Numbered from the stretch's first letter, positions 50,901 to 64,000 are shown. The stretch is 64,000 nucleotides of DNA from Guillardia theta CCMP2712 (GCF_000315625.1 NW_005434591.1:121895-185894), one strand, 5' to 3'. The notes: generated by a model not told the origin, from the sequence alone. Translations and numbers: made by a program.

Positions 50901-53900
50901 CAGCGGGAGGAGGAGGAGGAAAGGAGGAATAGCAGCGGGAGGAGGAGCAGGAGGAGCAGGAGCAGGAGGAGGAGCAAGCGTTTTCTCACATCCTGTATGT
51001 CGCGCGACCTCATCTCCTCCAGCGCTGCTTTTAGATCCTCCATCATCATCTTCAGATCTTCCGAATCTTGTTGCGGGAGATGAGATGGTAATGATGGGCC
51101 CGACAAGTTTGTGGTACCTTGGCCCGACGACATCTGGACCAAAAATGTCATGAAGAAGACAAAACCCCGGATGTTTTACAAGCTGTTTCGATGATGATTG
51201 GAGAGGAGACTTGTTGCTTGAGAACCTCTGATAAGGAAACGATGAGCAGATGCGAAGGGGGAGGAGGAAAAAATGATGATTTTGCACTCACATTCAACAC
51301 CAGGGACAGTTTCGATTCCACGGTTTCAAAGAAAGACAGTCTGCCGATCTGCGGAGAAAGCAAGGACCGACAGTCATTGGAAGAAACAAGCTCTTGCCAC
51401 TCGAGCATTCACCTGAGCGATGTGCTCCTTGCTCCAGCTTTCCTTGCTTTTCACCAGCTTCAAATGTAACTCCTCCAGCTCTCCCTCGAACACGCTTGTC
51501 ATTTGCTCTAGCTCCTGAAGGAAACGCTCCCTGCTCCCATCCTCCGGAGGTGCCTGTAGCCGGGTCAACTAGAAGCATGCTCCCCCATGTTCCTCCTCCA
51601 CCTGAGTCAACATGCTGTTCGCCTTGGCATCCTCTCGGATCGCCTTCACCTCCTCGAGCATCATTCCCATCTCGCTGTTCAGCCCGTCGATCTGCTCGCA
51701 GAAGAACCTCTCCCTCCTCTGGCTCTGCGCCAGCCTCTCCTGCAACAGCGTCAGGGGACTTAAGCACCGCATGGGGATGTGAATGTTCTACCGCTGCTTC
51801 TTGCAGGTCCGCCAGGTGTTTGTCGATCTCAGCAGCTATCTCCTCCTGGCAGAGCTCAAGCTGCGATATGAGCTGATCGCGCTCCTTCTCCTGCTCTCTC
51901 CCTCACAACTCCCGACAACCTATGGGTTTCTCGAGGCCTTACCACTTCCGTCAACTCCTTGTTGAGAGAGACGATGTGCTCCTGCGCGTTGGCAGCGATC
52001 AGGTTGGCAGCGATCAGGTTGCGCTGAGGAGAGCGCTGAGGGCAAGGGAGTTTGCTCACTTGGCATGACAGATTGCTCTTCTGCAACTTTTCCATCTTGA
52101 TGAGATGTCAGCAAGGAGAAGAGGGAGGCAGAGGAAAACATACTTGGCCAAGGAACTCCCTTGACTTGTCTCTGCATTCTTTGCAGCAGCATCCCTGCAG
52201 CAGACAGTTCACGTCTACCCCAGTTGAGCATGTGCAACCAACATTTTCATCATGATCCGGCATGCACGACATGCCCACAGACCTGTGTACAAACATCTCA
52301 GAACGACGATATGAGATCATAGCGAAACATCAACATGTTCTCAAGCTTCCATGTCTCGAACATCTGAACAAGAAATGGAGGTAAGTCGGAAGGGTAGAGG
52401 AAGAGCTTCAAGGTCAACGACCTTCAAGATTTCGTTGATCTCATTCATTTGATCGCAAAGATCGACACAGTCTAACTCCACTCTCTGTATGAAACTTCAC
52501 AACTCTTCCCATCCTGCTCCCCCCAACTCCACTCTTACCGCCTGAACTTCCTGCAGATTTTGTATACTTGCAACCAGGCGGATGATTTTCTTCTTGTCGT
52601 CTTCTCCATCCATCTGCAAATTGTCTTTGCATGACAACAGACATGCAAAACATGAATCCGATCACACCTCAACGCTATTCCTTGACGGAGAATCCATGTT
52701 CCCCCTGCGTCAAACCTCAGCTTGCGCGGTTCAAAACCTGTAGACAGCTACATCTTGTTGTTTTCTTCCATGACGACATTGCCTGGGTTACATCACAACA
52801 CAGTAAAACACTGAAAGAGATGGTGAAGGCTCATTCACTTTCTTGAGCTTGTATCGTCTTGGTCTCATGGTACATTTTGCTGTCCTGTTCCTATTCTTCA
52901 GAGGAACCACAAATCGGGGGGAAGATTGCGATGAATGCAACGATGATGCTCTACCTCAAATTTCTTAAGGGCGTCTTCGAGCTCAACCACCCTCGATACC
53001 GCCTCATCCAGCATTCTCCTCGAATCCTCAAGTTCACTCGTGTACTGGACAAAGTCTCAATGTGCTTCCGCAGGTTCCCTGCACGCCAACACCTTCAGCA
53101 GAGACGTCTCGGCGAGGAAGTTAAGATCTTCCAGCCTGTTGATCTCTTGCGCCATGTCATCATTCTCAACCTGCCAAAAGCTTCTCACTCCCAGCAACTG
53201 CAGCAACCCACAAACGCCGTTCCTTCAGTTGTCTGATCTCCTCCCGAAGGTAATGCATCTCATCTTTGCCGATCTTACAGCACATGTCATGCTCTCTTCC
53301 GCGCACTTTGAATCATCTTACTTCAGATACTCCCCGGTCCTCACCGACAACTTGGTCCAATGTCGACGACAAGTGCAGGATCTCACGACCTAGCTCTTGC
53401 AGGGCAAGGTTCGCCTCCTTTGAGATGTCTGCCGAGCATATCACCTCACTGGAGAGGCATGCAAGCAGGGACTTCACCTCCTGCAAGAACTTCTGCATTC
53501 CGCTGCTGATACTGCAGTACATCAGCCTGCGACCGGTACACCTCCAGTTCCTTCCGCGTCATGTCAGACATGGTGAATGTTCGCGCAGGAAGCTACCGCG
53601 TGCAAGGCGTGAAGTTGAGCCGCTTCGACTTTCTGGACATCTGGATGTGCTTTCATAGCTTGTTTCCTCTTCACCTTCATCGTTGCGCCCATGATTATCA
53701 AACGTGAAGAATCACCGTGTGTTATCACCTCCGAAGGGAGAAGCAGGGCACTTTCAGACACGCAGCTTCCCCCTGCCCAAGAGAAGTCCTTGGCGTTGTC
53801 TGAGGCCAAGGGTCTACGATTCATGGGTGCAGGGTTATCTGCACCTCAAGTTCAGTCAGGTCCGATTGTCCGTGTATACCCCTAAACGGTTTCTGCCTTA

Positions 53901-54048
53901 CATGACCCGCTGCGGTTTCAGCGTGATCTTCAAGTACCTCAGGTAACATGTCTCCGCTCAGATTATGATCATTATCTTTCAAACAAGCTTCTTCTCTTTC
54001 TCTTGTCTTTCTTCTCTTCCCCTCTGCTCCTGGTCCTCCCTCTCCCAT
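47956..54048 (-). CDS. Large multi-exon coiled-coil hypothetical protein (possibly more than one gene)
   Basis: Series of short E/L/K/Q-rich minus-strand exons with GT-AG boundaries, e.g. MQKFLQEVKSLLACLSSE, ERLAQSQRRERFFCEQIDGLNSE, FLQELEQMTSVFEGELEELHLKL, DLKMMMEDLKAALEEMR. No diagnostic domain; ends approximate. Confidence 0.5.
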
Positions 54049-55095
54049 CCCGGTCAGTCCTTTACCGGTCAAGCTTCATCGCATTCAATTTGGGACTTTG
54101 AGACTCCCATTCAAATTTGAATTTATGAGGTTCAGTTTCAGGTCTTGTCAATATTTTCACGCTGCGAGGCTTGTCAACTGTGAGAGTAGTCCGATGTATC
54201 AAAAGTTTTCAACTTGCGTGATAAAACTTTCAAAAGTTTTAACTGCATGTCAAAGTTTCAAAGTTCTACGATGCGGCCGCCGGGCCAATAACGGTGGTGG
54301 GTACCACCAGTAACCCTACCACCCCTGCTAAGAGGGTACAAATTTCCTCAGTTGTACCCCTACTTACAAGGTGTAAATGACCCCAGTGACCCCTAACCCC
54401 CGATCAATTGCACCCCACCCCGTGATCACTCCACAAATGACGGGGTGTAGAGAGATTGAGTTTAGCGACCCCTTGGAAAGTGCCTTCAAAACCAGGGTGG
54501 GGTGACATTCAATTGTAAAATTTGAACATTTTACCTTGATATTTGAAATATTAGTTGTCTATTTAATCCAAAAACCTGATTATGTTGAAGATTGTGAATT
54601 TCTGAATGACCCCTATCGGTAGCACCGGTGCAAGCCTGCATCTCGTGCCCCTAATGCAAGCCGGGGATCATGTAGGAGACGAGATGCGGGAGTGCAAGAA
54701 GAGAAGATCAGCATCAGAGACGAGAGGAAACAGCATATGACTGCAATTAGCTGCAGCAGATCAGGTTTCACAGATACTTATCATGGAGTCAGCGATAGTG
54801 AGATCGAGATGAGATTGATTCATATCAGCAAGTGTTACTGTATTGTTCCATCGATCACAATGAGAGATTTCGTCACAGACAAGGGAGGATAACAGTGATT
54901 GAGATAGACTGTATACAGTGATTGAGATAGACTGTAGAGAACCATGTTCGAAAGATACACCATACATCAAGAACCGAGGCATCATGACAAATCCTTCAGG
55001 ACGTTTTAATAGATCAGGGGCTGCAAGGACAAGAGTTCAAAGTTCTGTGAAATAACGCATGTTTTTCAGCCAGAGGCAACGTGTCCTGAGGAGCA

Positions 55096-56400
55096 ATGAA
55101 GAAGCGTGTGGCCATCGTAGGATCAGGGAACTGGGGTTGCGCGATCGCAAAGATCGTGGGTAACAACTGCACCCACCACCCCCACCTAGAGGACGAGGTC
55201 CGCATGTGGGTCTTCGAGGAGATGGTGAAGGGGAGGAAGCTCACGGACATCATCAACGAGGAACATGAAAACGTCAAGTACATGCCTGGAGTGAAGCTTC
55301 CCACCAACGTCATAGCCGACCCCGACGTAGTGAGCGCGACGCGGGGGGCCAACGTCCTTATCTTCGTCCTCCCGCACCAGTTCCTTGGTGGGCTCTGCAA
55401 GAAGATCAAGGGAAACCATGCGCAAGATTGCATCGCCGTATCCTTGATCAAGGGAGTGCACTTTGACTCGAAGGGGATGGTGCTGATCTCGGACATGATC
55501 AAGGAGGGGCTGAATGGAATGGATGTAAGCGTGCTCATGGGAGCAAACCTCGCAAAGGAGGTGGCAGGAGGAGCCTTCTGCGAGACCACCATTGGGTACA
55601 ATGTGGAAGAGAACGGCAAGCTGCTGCACACGATCTTCAACGATCCTCTGTTCCATGTCACCATCATCAACGACGTCCCGGGAGTTGAGATCTGCGGTGC
55701 CTTGAAGAATGTGAGTGGTTGTGCTTGTGTTGTGATGCCATGCTGATCGCGTCCTCTATGCAAGATTGTAGCGCTGGGTGCTGGCTTCACGGATGGGATG
55801 GGACTAGGTGACAATAGCAAGGCCGCGATCATCCGCATCGGCCTCATGGAGATGAAGAAGTTCATCCAGTCTCGCTACCCCAGCGTGAAGGATGCAACCT
55901 TCTTTGAGTCGTGCGGGGTCGCCGATCTCATCGTGACGTGCTACGGAGGCAGGAACAGGAGGTGTGCTGAGGCGTTCGTTAAGGCTGGAGGAAGGAAGGT
56001 AAGTCGGGCGGGAGGCGCTACTGTTCTGGCTGCTGACTGCCAGCCACAAGTCGTTCGAGGAGTTGGAGCGCGAGCTTCTCAACGGCCAGAAGCTGCAGGG
56101 GACTTTGACTATAAAGGAGGTGATGCAGATTCTTCAGAGGGAAGGGATCGTAGATCAGTATCCCCTCTTCAAGAGCATCTACAACATTGCCTTCGAGGTG
56201 AGCGATCGTGAATTGCCCTTCACTCGCCCGTCCTCACCACTGCCCCCCTTCAGAAAGCGCCGGTGGAGTCCATGCTTGCCACGCTTGGATGCTTTGAGCT
56301 CGAACAAGTTCTGATGGCGAAGAATCAGTTCGGCCAGGTCGTGACGAAGCGAACGGTCGTGTACTATGGAAAAGCTGGTGACAGGAGAGCTGCACTGTAA
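55096..56400 (+). CDS. GPD1: NAD-dependent glycerol-3-phosphate dehydrogenase; exons 55096-55710, 55765-55998, 56051-56197, 56254-56400
   Basis: [42 protein letters not shown]|[47 protein letters not shown]. Three phase-0 introns. Confidence 0.96.
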
Positions 56401-56536
56401 ACAAGAAACAAAAGCTTGAGCTTTCACATCAGGGTGTCCATTATTTCTATCCCCATCATCATCATCACCACCACCATCATAATCATAATCATAATCATGG
56501 AAAAATGTGCTACTGCTACATGTTGTCTTCTTCCGT

Positions 56537-57004
56537 CTACTGTGCGTCTGTACTGTGGGACTCCTTCGATATCTCCGCTGAGAACACTGAGTTGAGATTG
56601 GAAACCTCGCTCCCTATACGATCCACGTGCTTGGCAAGCTCGCTGATCTTAGTCTCCTTCTCATGGAACCACTCGCTCAGCGACTTCATCTTTTCAACGG
56701 CAGTGACGTCAACTGATCCATCCATGAACCCAAAGTCTACGTCTGGCCCTGGTTGGATCTCCATCTTCATGTGCTGCTCGAACACCATCAGCTGTGATTG
56801 CCTTATTTTGTCCACAGCGTCGAAGATGGCCTTTGTCCTGATCCCCTTGTTGATCTCTCCATGCAGGCTGAACTGCTCGTTGCCCTTGAGCTCCTCCGAC
56901 ATGTTGCTGGTAGCCTCGTCGTTTTCCTCTCCTCTTCTCTGCCCTGTTCTCCTCTCCCCTCCTTTCCTCTGTCTTCTCTTTCCTTCCGCGGCTGGAGGTG
57001 GTCC
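56537..57004 (-). CDS. Small coiled-coil protein (last exon; 5' exon unresolved), weakly reminiscent of CCDC28
   Basis: 121-aa ORF 56537-56902, open upstream to a tttgcag acceptor near 57005; helical heptad pattern. Confidence 0.55.
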   Translation of the reverse strand, partial: GPPPAAEGKRRQRKGGERRTGQRRGEENDEATSNMSEELKGNEQFSLHGEINKGIRTKAIFDAVDKIRQSQLMVFEQHMKMEIQPGPDVDFGFMDGSVDVTAVEKMKSLSEWFHEKETKISELAKHVDRIGSEVSNLNSVFSAEISKESHSTDAQ

Positions 57005-57579
57005 TGCAAAATCAGAGGAGTTCAGTCTTGTTCATGACGAAGATATCTTCCGTCATCATCAATCAACATAGGATTCAGATTTCCGGCTGATCAAAGAACG
57101 CCATGGCTACAGGATGATTCAATACGTGAATGTCGCAAACATTGCAACTAAAGGTCCAGTATAAGGGATGATCCTTGTATTATATCTACTCTCTCCCCAT
57201 CTTTCACCTCCTCTTCTTCTCTCTTCCTCTACCCCTGCCTCAGCGTCCAGTCGCTCTTCTTCTCTCCTCTCATCACTACCACCTTCACCGTCCCGGCATG
57301 GCGGCACCAAGAACTGCAAGCCCGCCTCAAATCTATCAATCGTCATTGGACAGCGGGAGATCACTGCCAGGCTGATCGGAGGGCGGCCGGGCTGGCCGGG
57401 CCCGGGCGTGTAGACGGGCCGTGTGGGAGGCTTCTGCTGAGAGTCTCCCGGCATTGAAGGCTCATGAGGCTTCTCACCGAGTCAGGCGGCCTCGGGCATC
57501 GACCGTGACCCAGGATACCTCAGTCATGATAGCATAAGGATGGAACTATAAAAACAAGGATCTACACATACAGCTGCGC

Positions 57580-60500
57580 TCATCTCTTCTCCTTCTGCTG
57601 CATGGTGATGTCGGACAGGCGCTGGGCAGCCGTGCCGAGCTCGATGGCGTCGTCGATGTCCTCGTAGATCTCCTGCAGCTGCTGCAGCACGTCGGGCTTC
57701 GCCTCCCACATACCCCTGGCAAGGAAGGATGAGATCAAGAAGAGGGGAGGGGGAAGAAGGGAGGAGGAGGGAGGGAAGGAGGGAGAGAGGGAGAGGGAGG
57801 GGGGAGAAGGGAGGGAGAAAGGAGCAGGAGAGGAAGAAGAAAACGGATAAGGAGGCAAGCGGCACGCGATACGACAGCAGAGAGCGGACGGGGGCAAGGG
57901 CAAAAACGAGGGGAAGGGGGAAGGCGAAGGCCGAGGGAGGGAGGGACGGGGAGAGAAGTTGGTTAGTGGGCAGCACCTGTTGTTGGCTTCAAGCAAGCGA
58001 CCGACGATGTTCTTGAAGGCCTCAGGGTTGCTGTCCCGCAGCTTCTGCGCCATGACAGGGTCGAGGGCGTAGGTGGCAGCGGACTGGTCGAAGACCCACG
58101 GCTCCTTGAACTTGGTAGTCGCTCCCCAGCCAATCATGGCAGTCATCCTCTGCGATACCTCGAACGCTCCTCCAGAACCCTGATCGACCTGGAGGAGAGT
58201 GAAAGGAGGAGGAGGAGGAGGAGGAGGACGGAGAAGGGGGGAGAAAGAACTGGAGGTCGGGAGGGGCGAGATAGAGGTCGGGATGAAGGGATGACGAGGA
58301 TGTTTGGGGTAGTGAGGTGAACAGCAGGATCGACGAGGTAGGAGGAGGGGAGCGGAGGAGTGGAGGAGGAGGAAACATGGGAGCCTCACCATAGAGTTCG
58401 CCCACTTGGGGTTGAGAAGTTTTGAGCGGTACTCGAGCCTGAGAACCTCGTTGATCCTCTTCGGACGGGGGACCTTGGAGTAGCTCTCGACTACCGATGC
58501 CTGCACCTTCCCCTTTCCTCCTTGCAGGTCGTCCATGGCTCGGACCTGCTCGCTAGCCGTGAGGGAGAGGGAAGGAGGAGCGGGGGGGTTGGCAGGAGGA
58601 GGAGAGAGCGAAGGGAGACGTAGGTGGGAGAGTGAAGGTGGAGCAAACGGAGTGGTTCAAAGATTATGGGGAGGAGAAGAGGAGGAAGAAGGGGAGGGGA
58701 GGAGGGGAGGAGGGGAGGAAGGGGAGGAGGGGAGGAAGGGGAGGAGGGGAGGAAGGGGAGGAAGGGGAGGAGGGGAGGAGGGGAGGAGGGGAGGAGGGGA
58801 GGAAAAGGCGTACCATCGCTCCTGTATTGGCGTAGTACTCTTGGATGTCGGTCAAGCCATACTCGACCGAGTCGACGCACTGAACGACCTGCAGTCCAAC
58901 GTCACAAGCGAGAACGATAAGATGGAGTTGGGACAATGGAACGAGGGGAGCGAGGAGGGGAGAAGGAGAAAGGAGGAAGGGACGAGGAGGGATGGGGAGG
59001 GATGGGGAGTGGAGTGGGACAGGGGAGAAGAGATGAAGGAGGAACGAGCAGAGGGAGGCAGGGAGGAAGGGAGGAGGAAAAAAGGAGGAGGCTGACCTGG
59101 CCCGTGGTTGACATCAACTTGTTCAAGGTTGAGCGGCGCTCGACTCCTCTCCCACTCCTCCCAAACGAGAACGCGTTCCTCTTGGCCCAGGTCTCGCCCA
59201 GGTCAGCCTCGTCCTCCCAGTTCCCGTCCGTCACTCGCTCGTTGACTAGGGACCCGAACTCTCCGGGTGGGTTCGAGAAGATTCTTGCTGTGCTCGCCTC
59301 CACCGTCTCCCCAGCTGCCTGTAAGTTTGCGCTCCAGTCAGGACGAGCTGCAAGAGGAGGGAGTGAACAGAGGGGGGACGTGGAGGAGGGGAAGAGGGAG
59401 AGGGAGGATAGTGAGGGTACTTGAGGGTAGGACGAGGAGGCAGCGGGGGGAGAGGAAGAGGCATGGCAGGTAGCAGGAGGAGGGAGAGGGGAGCAGGAGC
59501 AGGACCTGGAGCTCGAGCGCGTGCTTGCGGATGAAGTTCATGTCGGCGGGTTCGTCAGCTTTCGCCGCTCGCTCGAAGAGGTCGTCGAGGAGCTCAACAA
59601 CATTCGAGAAAGAGTCCCTGCGAACAAGTTAAGTCTGTTCTCCCTCCTCCTTCCCTCTCCTCCCGTCCTCTCCTCCTTCCTCCTCCCTTCTTTTCCCACA
59701 CTCTTCTCCTCCCTTCCCCCTTCCCCTTCCTCCCTCCTCCTCCCTCCCTCCTCTCTCCTCTCTCCTCCCTCCTCTCTCCTCTCTCCTCCCTCCTCCCTCC
59801 TCCCTCTCTCCTCCTCTGCTCCGTTTCTCCTCCTCCCCTCTTGCACCTCTCTCTTCCCCTACCTGAAGATCCCCGACAGTGACGTCAGCACATCCACCCG
59901 AGGCCTCCCGAGCTTCTCCAGGGGTATCAGGTCGAACCGCACGACTCGTCCTGTGGCCTCGACGACGGGCTCAGCCCCCACCAGCCCCAGCACGATCCCG
60001 ACTGACTCTCCCCTAGTCTTGATCGCCTCTAGACCCCACAGGTTCACCGCAATGGTCTCAGGGAACTCATCGTTGTTGTCCTTCCTGTGCAAGGAGATTG
60101 AAAGCTCCGCCGCCGCCTTCCCCCTTGCCATGGCAACCTTCGAGGGGATGCGGTAGGGATCGAGCGCATGGATGTTCCGACCTGTGGGCAGGACGCCCGA
60201 GCCGTCGCGGAGCAGGTCACCTCCTGGAGCAGGGGGAACGAACTCTCCGTTGAGAGCCTTGAGCACACCTTCGAGCTCCTCCGTGTTGCGAAGGAGGAGG
60301 TCTCTGATGGAGCAGCCCTGACGCACGGCCTCCTGGAAGCGATCCCATGCTGCTGTCCCCTGGCTTGGAACTCCTTCTCCTCTGCTCATGAGCACTTCGG
60401 CCTCGCTGCCTCCCTTGAGGATGAGCTGCAGTGCTTCTTCAGGGAAGGTGAAGGGAGCTTCAGCAGCGAGACCGTCCTCCTCCTTCTCCTCCTCGCTGCG

Positions 60501-63500
60501 AGGGACTTCATCTGCCGCCGTCATACTCCTCTCCTTGGACGTGACCTCCCACGATCCGTCCTCGAAGTACGCTCGCAAGTACGCTTCCATCGCCTGCTCC
60601 ACGGGAGGGTCGCCCAGCACATGCAGACCTGACGAGAAGAGCCTCTGCTCGAGCTCAGCAAGGTACGCCTTCAGCCTCTCGCAGTACTCCATCATCATGT
60701 TCTCCCTCACCATGTACGCAGCGCACCGCTCCACCGCCTCCTCCCCCCCGTCGATCCCTCCTGCCTCCTCCAGCACCTTCATCGCTCCCTCTGGCAGGGG
60801 GCAGTCGCTCTCGAGCCCTGCTGCGAACATCGTCTGCAGCATCGACCCCTCCACCGTTGGGCTCCCCTCCACCTTGTCAATCTTGGAGGGGTCAACGGTC
60901 GGGGCCGAAGACCCCGCAAACTGCTGCATCAGGCTTGCGTCCTCCAGCTGCTCCCCACCTGCCCCCCGGCTCTCCCTTGAGAGGCCCTCGAAGTAGTCAG
61001 CGATGAGCCCCCGGAGGGTCTGCAGCTCCTTGTAGAGCCCAGCGCGGCTGTAGGGGGGCACGTTGTGCGAGATGAGGGTGCCGTACCCCCTCCTCTTAGC
61101 CAGCAGCGACTCGGAGGGATTGTTGGCAGCGTACACGTACACGTTGGGAAGGGAGCCTGTCAGAATGTCCGGCCAGCACTCGCCCGTGTTCCCCAGCGAC
61201 GTGCCGGGCAGCCACTCCTCTGTCCCGTGCATTCCGAAGTGAACCACAACGTTGGCCCCGAACCCGTTGTCCTCCTCCTTCCTCTCCAGGAACTTGTAGA
61301 ATGCGGAGTACTGGGGATGGGGGGTCATATCCCGCTCGAAGAGCAGGCGCATCGGGTCCCCGGGCAGGCCGAGAGGAGGCTGGACGGCTACCCACACCTT
61401 GCCGAAGAGGACCCCCCCCAGCAGCATCTGCGCCCTCTCTCCGCTTCCTACCGTCCTGATCCCTGACCGGTCCAGCGACCCTCCCCAGTTCTTCGAGACT
61501 CGCTGAGTATCGGAGGACCCCAACCAGGTCTCCAGCTGGTCAGTGGAGACGGTCGCTCCTCCTCGCTGGGCGTACTGGGCGTTGGCGTATCCTCGTCCGG
61601 AGTCCGACTCGTCGTCCGCCACCTTCACCATCTGCAGAAGTTCCTCTGGATCCTCGGGGAGCTCGCCGACATCGTAGCCCTCCTCCTTCATCTTGGACAG
61701 CAGCTTGTGCAGGGAGGTCGGCACGTTGAGCAGGGCCGCCGTCCCAGTAGCCCCGATCCCTGGAGGGTAACCATAGAGCACTACTGCTACGCGTCGCTCT
61801 GACTTGGGGGTCGACCGCAAACTTACCCATCTCTTGATCCTCGTCGACAGCCTGTCCAGTCTCTCCTCCACCAGACGGATCTCACCGCTCTCCCGCTTGC
61901 AGCCTCGAAGGTCGCGGTACGAGTTACAGAACTCCTTGTCCCCACAGCACAGCCCGCCTAGCGGGATCGTGTCTATCGCCCCATCGAGCTCCGGCAGGCT
62001 GTACAGCACTACTGACTGCAGCCCTCCGATGCCCTGGCCGAACCACGACTTGACGTCCTGTATCAGCAGGGGCGCCGCGACGAAGTAGGGGACGTTCTTG
62101 GCTTGAAGGATTTCCTTTGCTATCTCCGCCTGCCTCGCCCCCTCCATCGACCCTGCCGGCCCGCCGACGAGCGGGAAGCCGATGGTGGAAATAACAGCAT
62201 CGACATTAACCGCATCGGGGGACAGGGTTGGGTTCACCGGGATCGTGCCGGCCCGGAGCTGCTCTTGCTCGTGCGGGGAGGTCAAGAAGTCCCGAACTGC
62301 TATGTGCCCGTCCACCCCGGTGATGAACAAGGGGAGGGGGAGGATTTCCTTAGTCTCCATGTGAGTAACAAGCTCATCGATGTAGGGAAGAGCCGAAATA
62401 ACATGCTTCCGATACAGCAGGATTCCTGCTACTGGCCAGGACTCCCTGCCAGGGAACTTAGCCCGGTACCAGTCAAGATACTCCCTGGGCGTCTTGAAGT
62501 AATACCCCGGTCTTGCAGGATGCACCAGCCCCCTCTGCGGAGCTTCAATGACCTCGGCAGCCGGGCTGCCCGGCTGACTTCTTTCCTCCTCGCCCTGGAA
62601 TCTGAAGAGCGACTGGATGAACAGGAGGAACTTCGACCAGAGGTCCTTCTCCACCTCCCCCTCCCCCTCCTGCTGCGCTGGGGACAGCCCTCCAAACTCA
62701 GATGCGAGGGAGCAAAACATGTTGGCAACATTGTCAACCCCTCCAGCGTTCCAGTACGAATAAGTCTGCAGCCACCTCCTCAGATCTTTGGCCTTCTCTC
62801 CGGGAATGAACTTGAGCAGAGCCGGCCCGGACTTCAAGAACTTGGTGTAGCCGTCCAGCCTGTCCTCCTCCCTGGTGCTGCTGAACTTTGACAGCAGCGA
62901 CTTCACCGCAGGAGGCATCCCCTGTTTCTTGCCCGGCTGGGAGGCCATGCTGAACGAGCCGACTTTCGTCGATGACATGAGCTCGAGCGAGCTCTCGAAG
63001 ACGAACCTCACGGGCACGCGGAGGATCCTTTCTCTCAACCAGTTCACTTGCTCGAAGTCGAAGATCAGGCTCGCAAACACAACATTCGCTTCATCGACCG
63101 CTTGTTCAACGAGCGGCTGCTGTGACTGAAGGTCCTGGTCTGTGAAAACCCAGATCTCAAGTCCAGGGCATCGCGCCACCGCCTTCTCCGCGGCCATGCG
63201 GTACAGCTGCCTGTTGAAAGTCTCGAACCCTGCTATCAAGACCACCCGAAACTTCTCCTCCCCAGCATACGTCGGGTCCCAAAATTTCCTCTTTGGCCCC
63301 GTTTCCGAAGATGCCCCTTTGTGTGTGGGAGCTTCAGCAATCTCTTGAAGCTGAGAGCGTTCACACATCTTGAGTGGTCCTCTGTGCTTAGCCATGTTGG
63401 TTCGCAGTGTGAGACTCGTCCTCATGTCGGAACCCCTGGCAAACGGTGCAGACCTCAAACTTGCAGGGAAAGACCAAGAGTAAGCATTCTGCGACAACAA

Positions 63501-63578
63501 AGTGACCGCAGCTAGAATGATCCATCCCCCCCGAGCGACTGAGGTCCATCGCTGCCCTCCTCCATAGCGATCTACCAT
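57580..63578 (-). CDS. chlH: Magnesium chelatase subunit H (ChlH2/BchH-like type) with bipartite plastid presequence; ~3.7-kb first exon then several short exons
   Basis: RVVLIAGFETFN, STIGFPLVGGPAGSMEG, LPELDGAIDT, HFGMHGTEEWLPG, YAANNPSES..AKRRG, PGGDLLRDGSGVLPTGRNIHALDP, RPRVDVLTSLSGIFRD, DSVEYGLTDIQEYYANTG, YRSKLLNPKW. Stop at 57580-57582. Confidence 0.95.
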
Positions 63579-64000
63579 CTTTTCCCTGCATGAAATTGGT
63601 TCAATCAAAAATACATGCAGCTCGGGCAGGGATCCAGAAAACAGGGCAAGGACAAAGTACTGCATCCATCAGGTTTCTCTCGATGAAAGGTTGGAGGGAG
63701 AAGCAATCAACAAACAAAAACAGGAACATGTGAAGTTTGGTGTCAATCAAGTAATGTCATTTGTGGGAGAACAAAACTGGTGTCGCAGGAGCCTACACGA
63801 AGTTTATAGGAACAACCCGAGTCATGCGCAGGAAAGGTAAAGAGACAAGAGATGCACAAAAGGAAAGACTGAAAGAATGTCTGATATGGAGGAGGGAGGA
63901 GGGGGAGGGGGGGAGGGGGGGAGGGAGCAAGGGAGCAAGGGAGCAAGGAGCGAGCAAGTTAGTGTCTTCTGAGCATTGTTCGTTTAGGCGTATAAAGCGG

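Noticed and set aside
55014-55865. 283-aa antisense ORF over GPD1, and similar antisense ORFs over PepN, ChlH and GBP
   Set aside because: Shadow ORFs expected from GC3-rich codon usage; no independent motifs.

Overview
Eukaryotic nuclear DNA with GT-AG introns, many about 45-60 nt, GA/CT-microsatellite-rich introns and five N gaps. Bipartite signal+transit presequences on plastid proteins, an IFT172 gene and an RWP-RK gene point to a flagellated alga with a secondary red plastid, most likely a cryptophyte such as Guillardia (inference). Genes in order: plastid-targeted mitochondrial-carrier-family protein (+); guanylate-binding protein with coiled coil, C2HC finger and C-terminal PX domain (+); IFT172 (-); A20-type Zn-finger/glycine-zipper protein (+); a decayed and an intact secreted LRR gene in tandem (-); degenerate repeats; RWP-RK protein (+); ADD-LysM-preSET-SET-postSET methyltransferase (+); aminopeptidase N (-); an unresolved minus-strand gene; three copies of an orphan presequence-bearing gene, one split by an internally deleted LTR retrotransposon with a 5-bp TSD; a signal peptide-Cys-rich ectodomain-TM-HECT protein (+); a multi-exon coiled-coil gene (-); NAD-dependent glycerol-3-phosphate dehydrogenase (+); a small coiled-coil protein (-); and a ChlH2/BchH-like Mg-chelatase H subunit (-). 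The strongest novelty candidates are the receptor-like transmembrane HECT ligase, the ADD-LysM-SET enzyme and the GBP-PX fusion. All splice models were read by eye and domain calls come from motif recognition; no database search was run.
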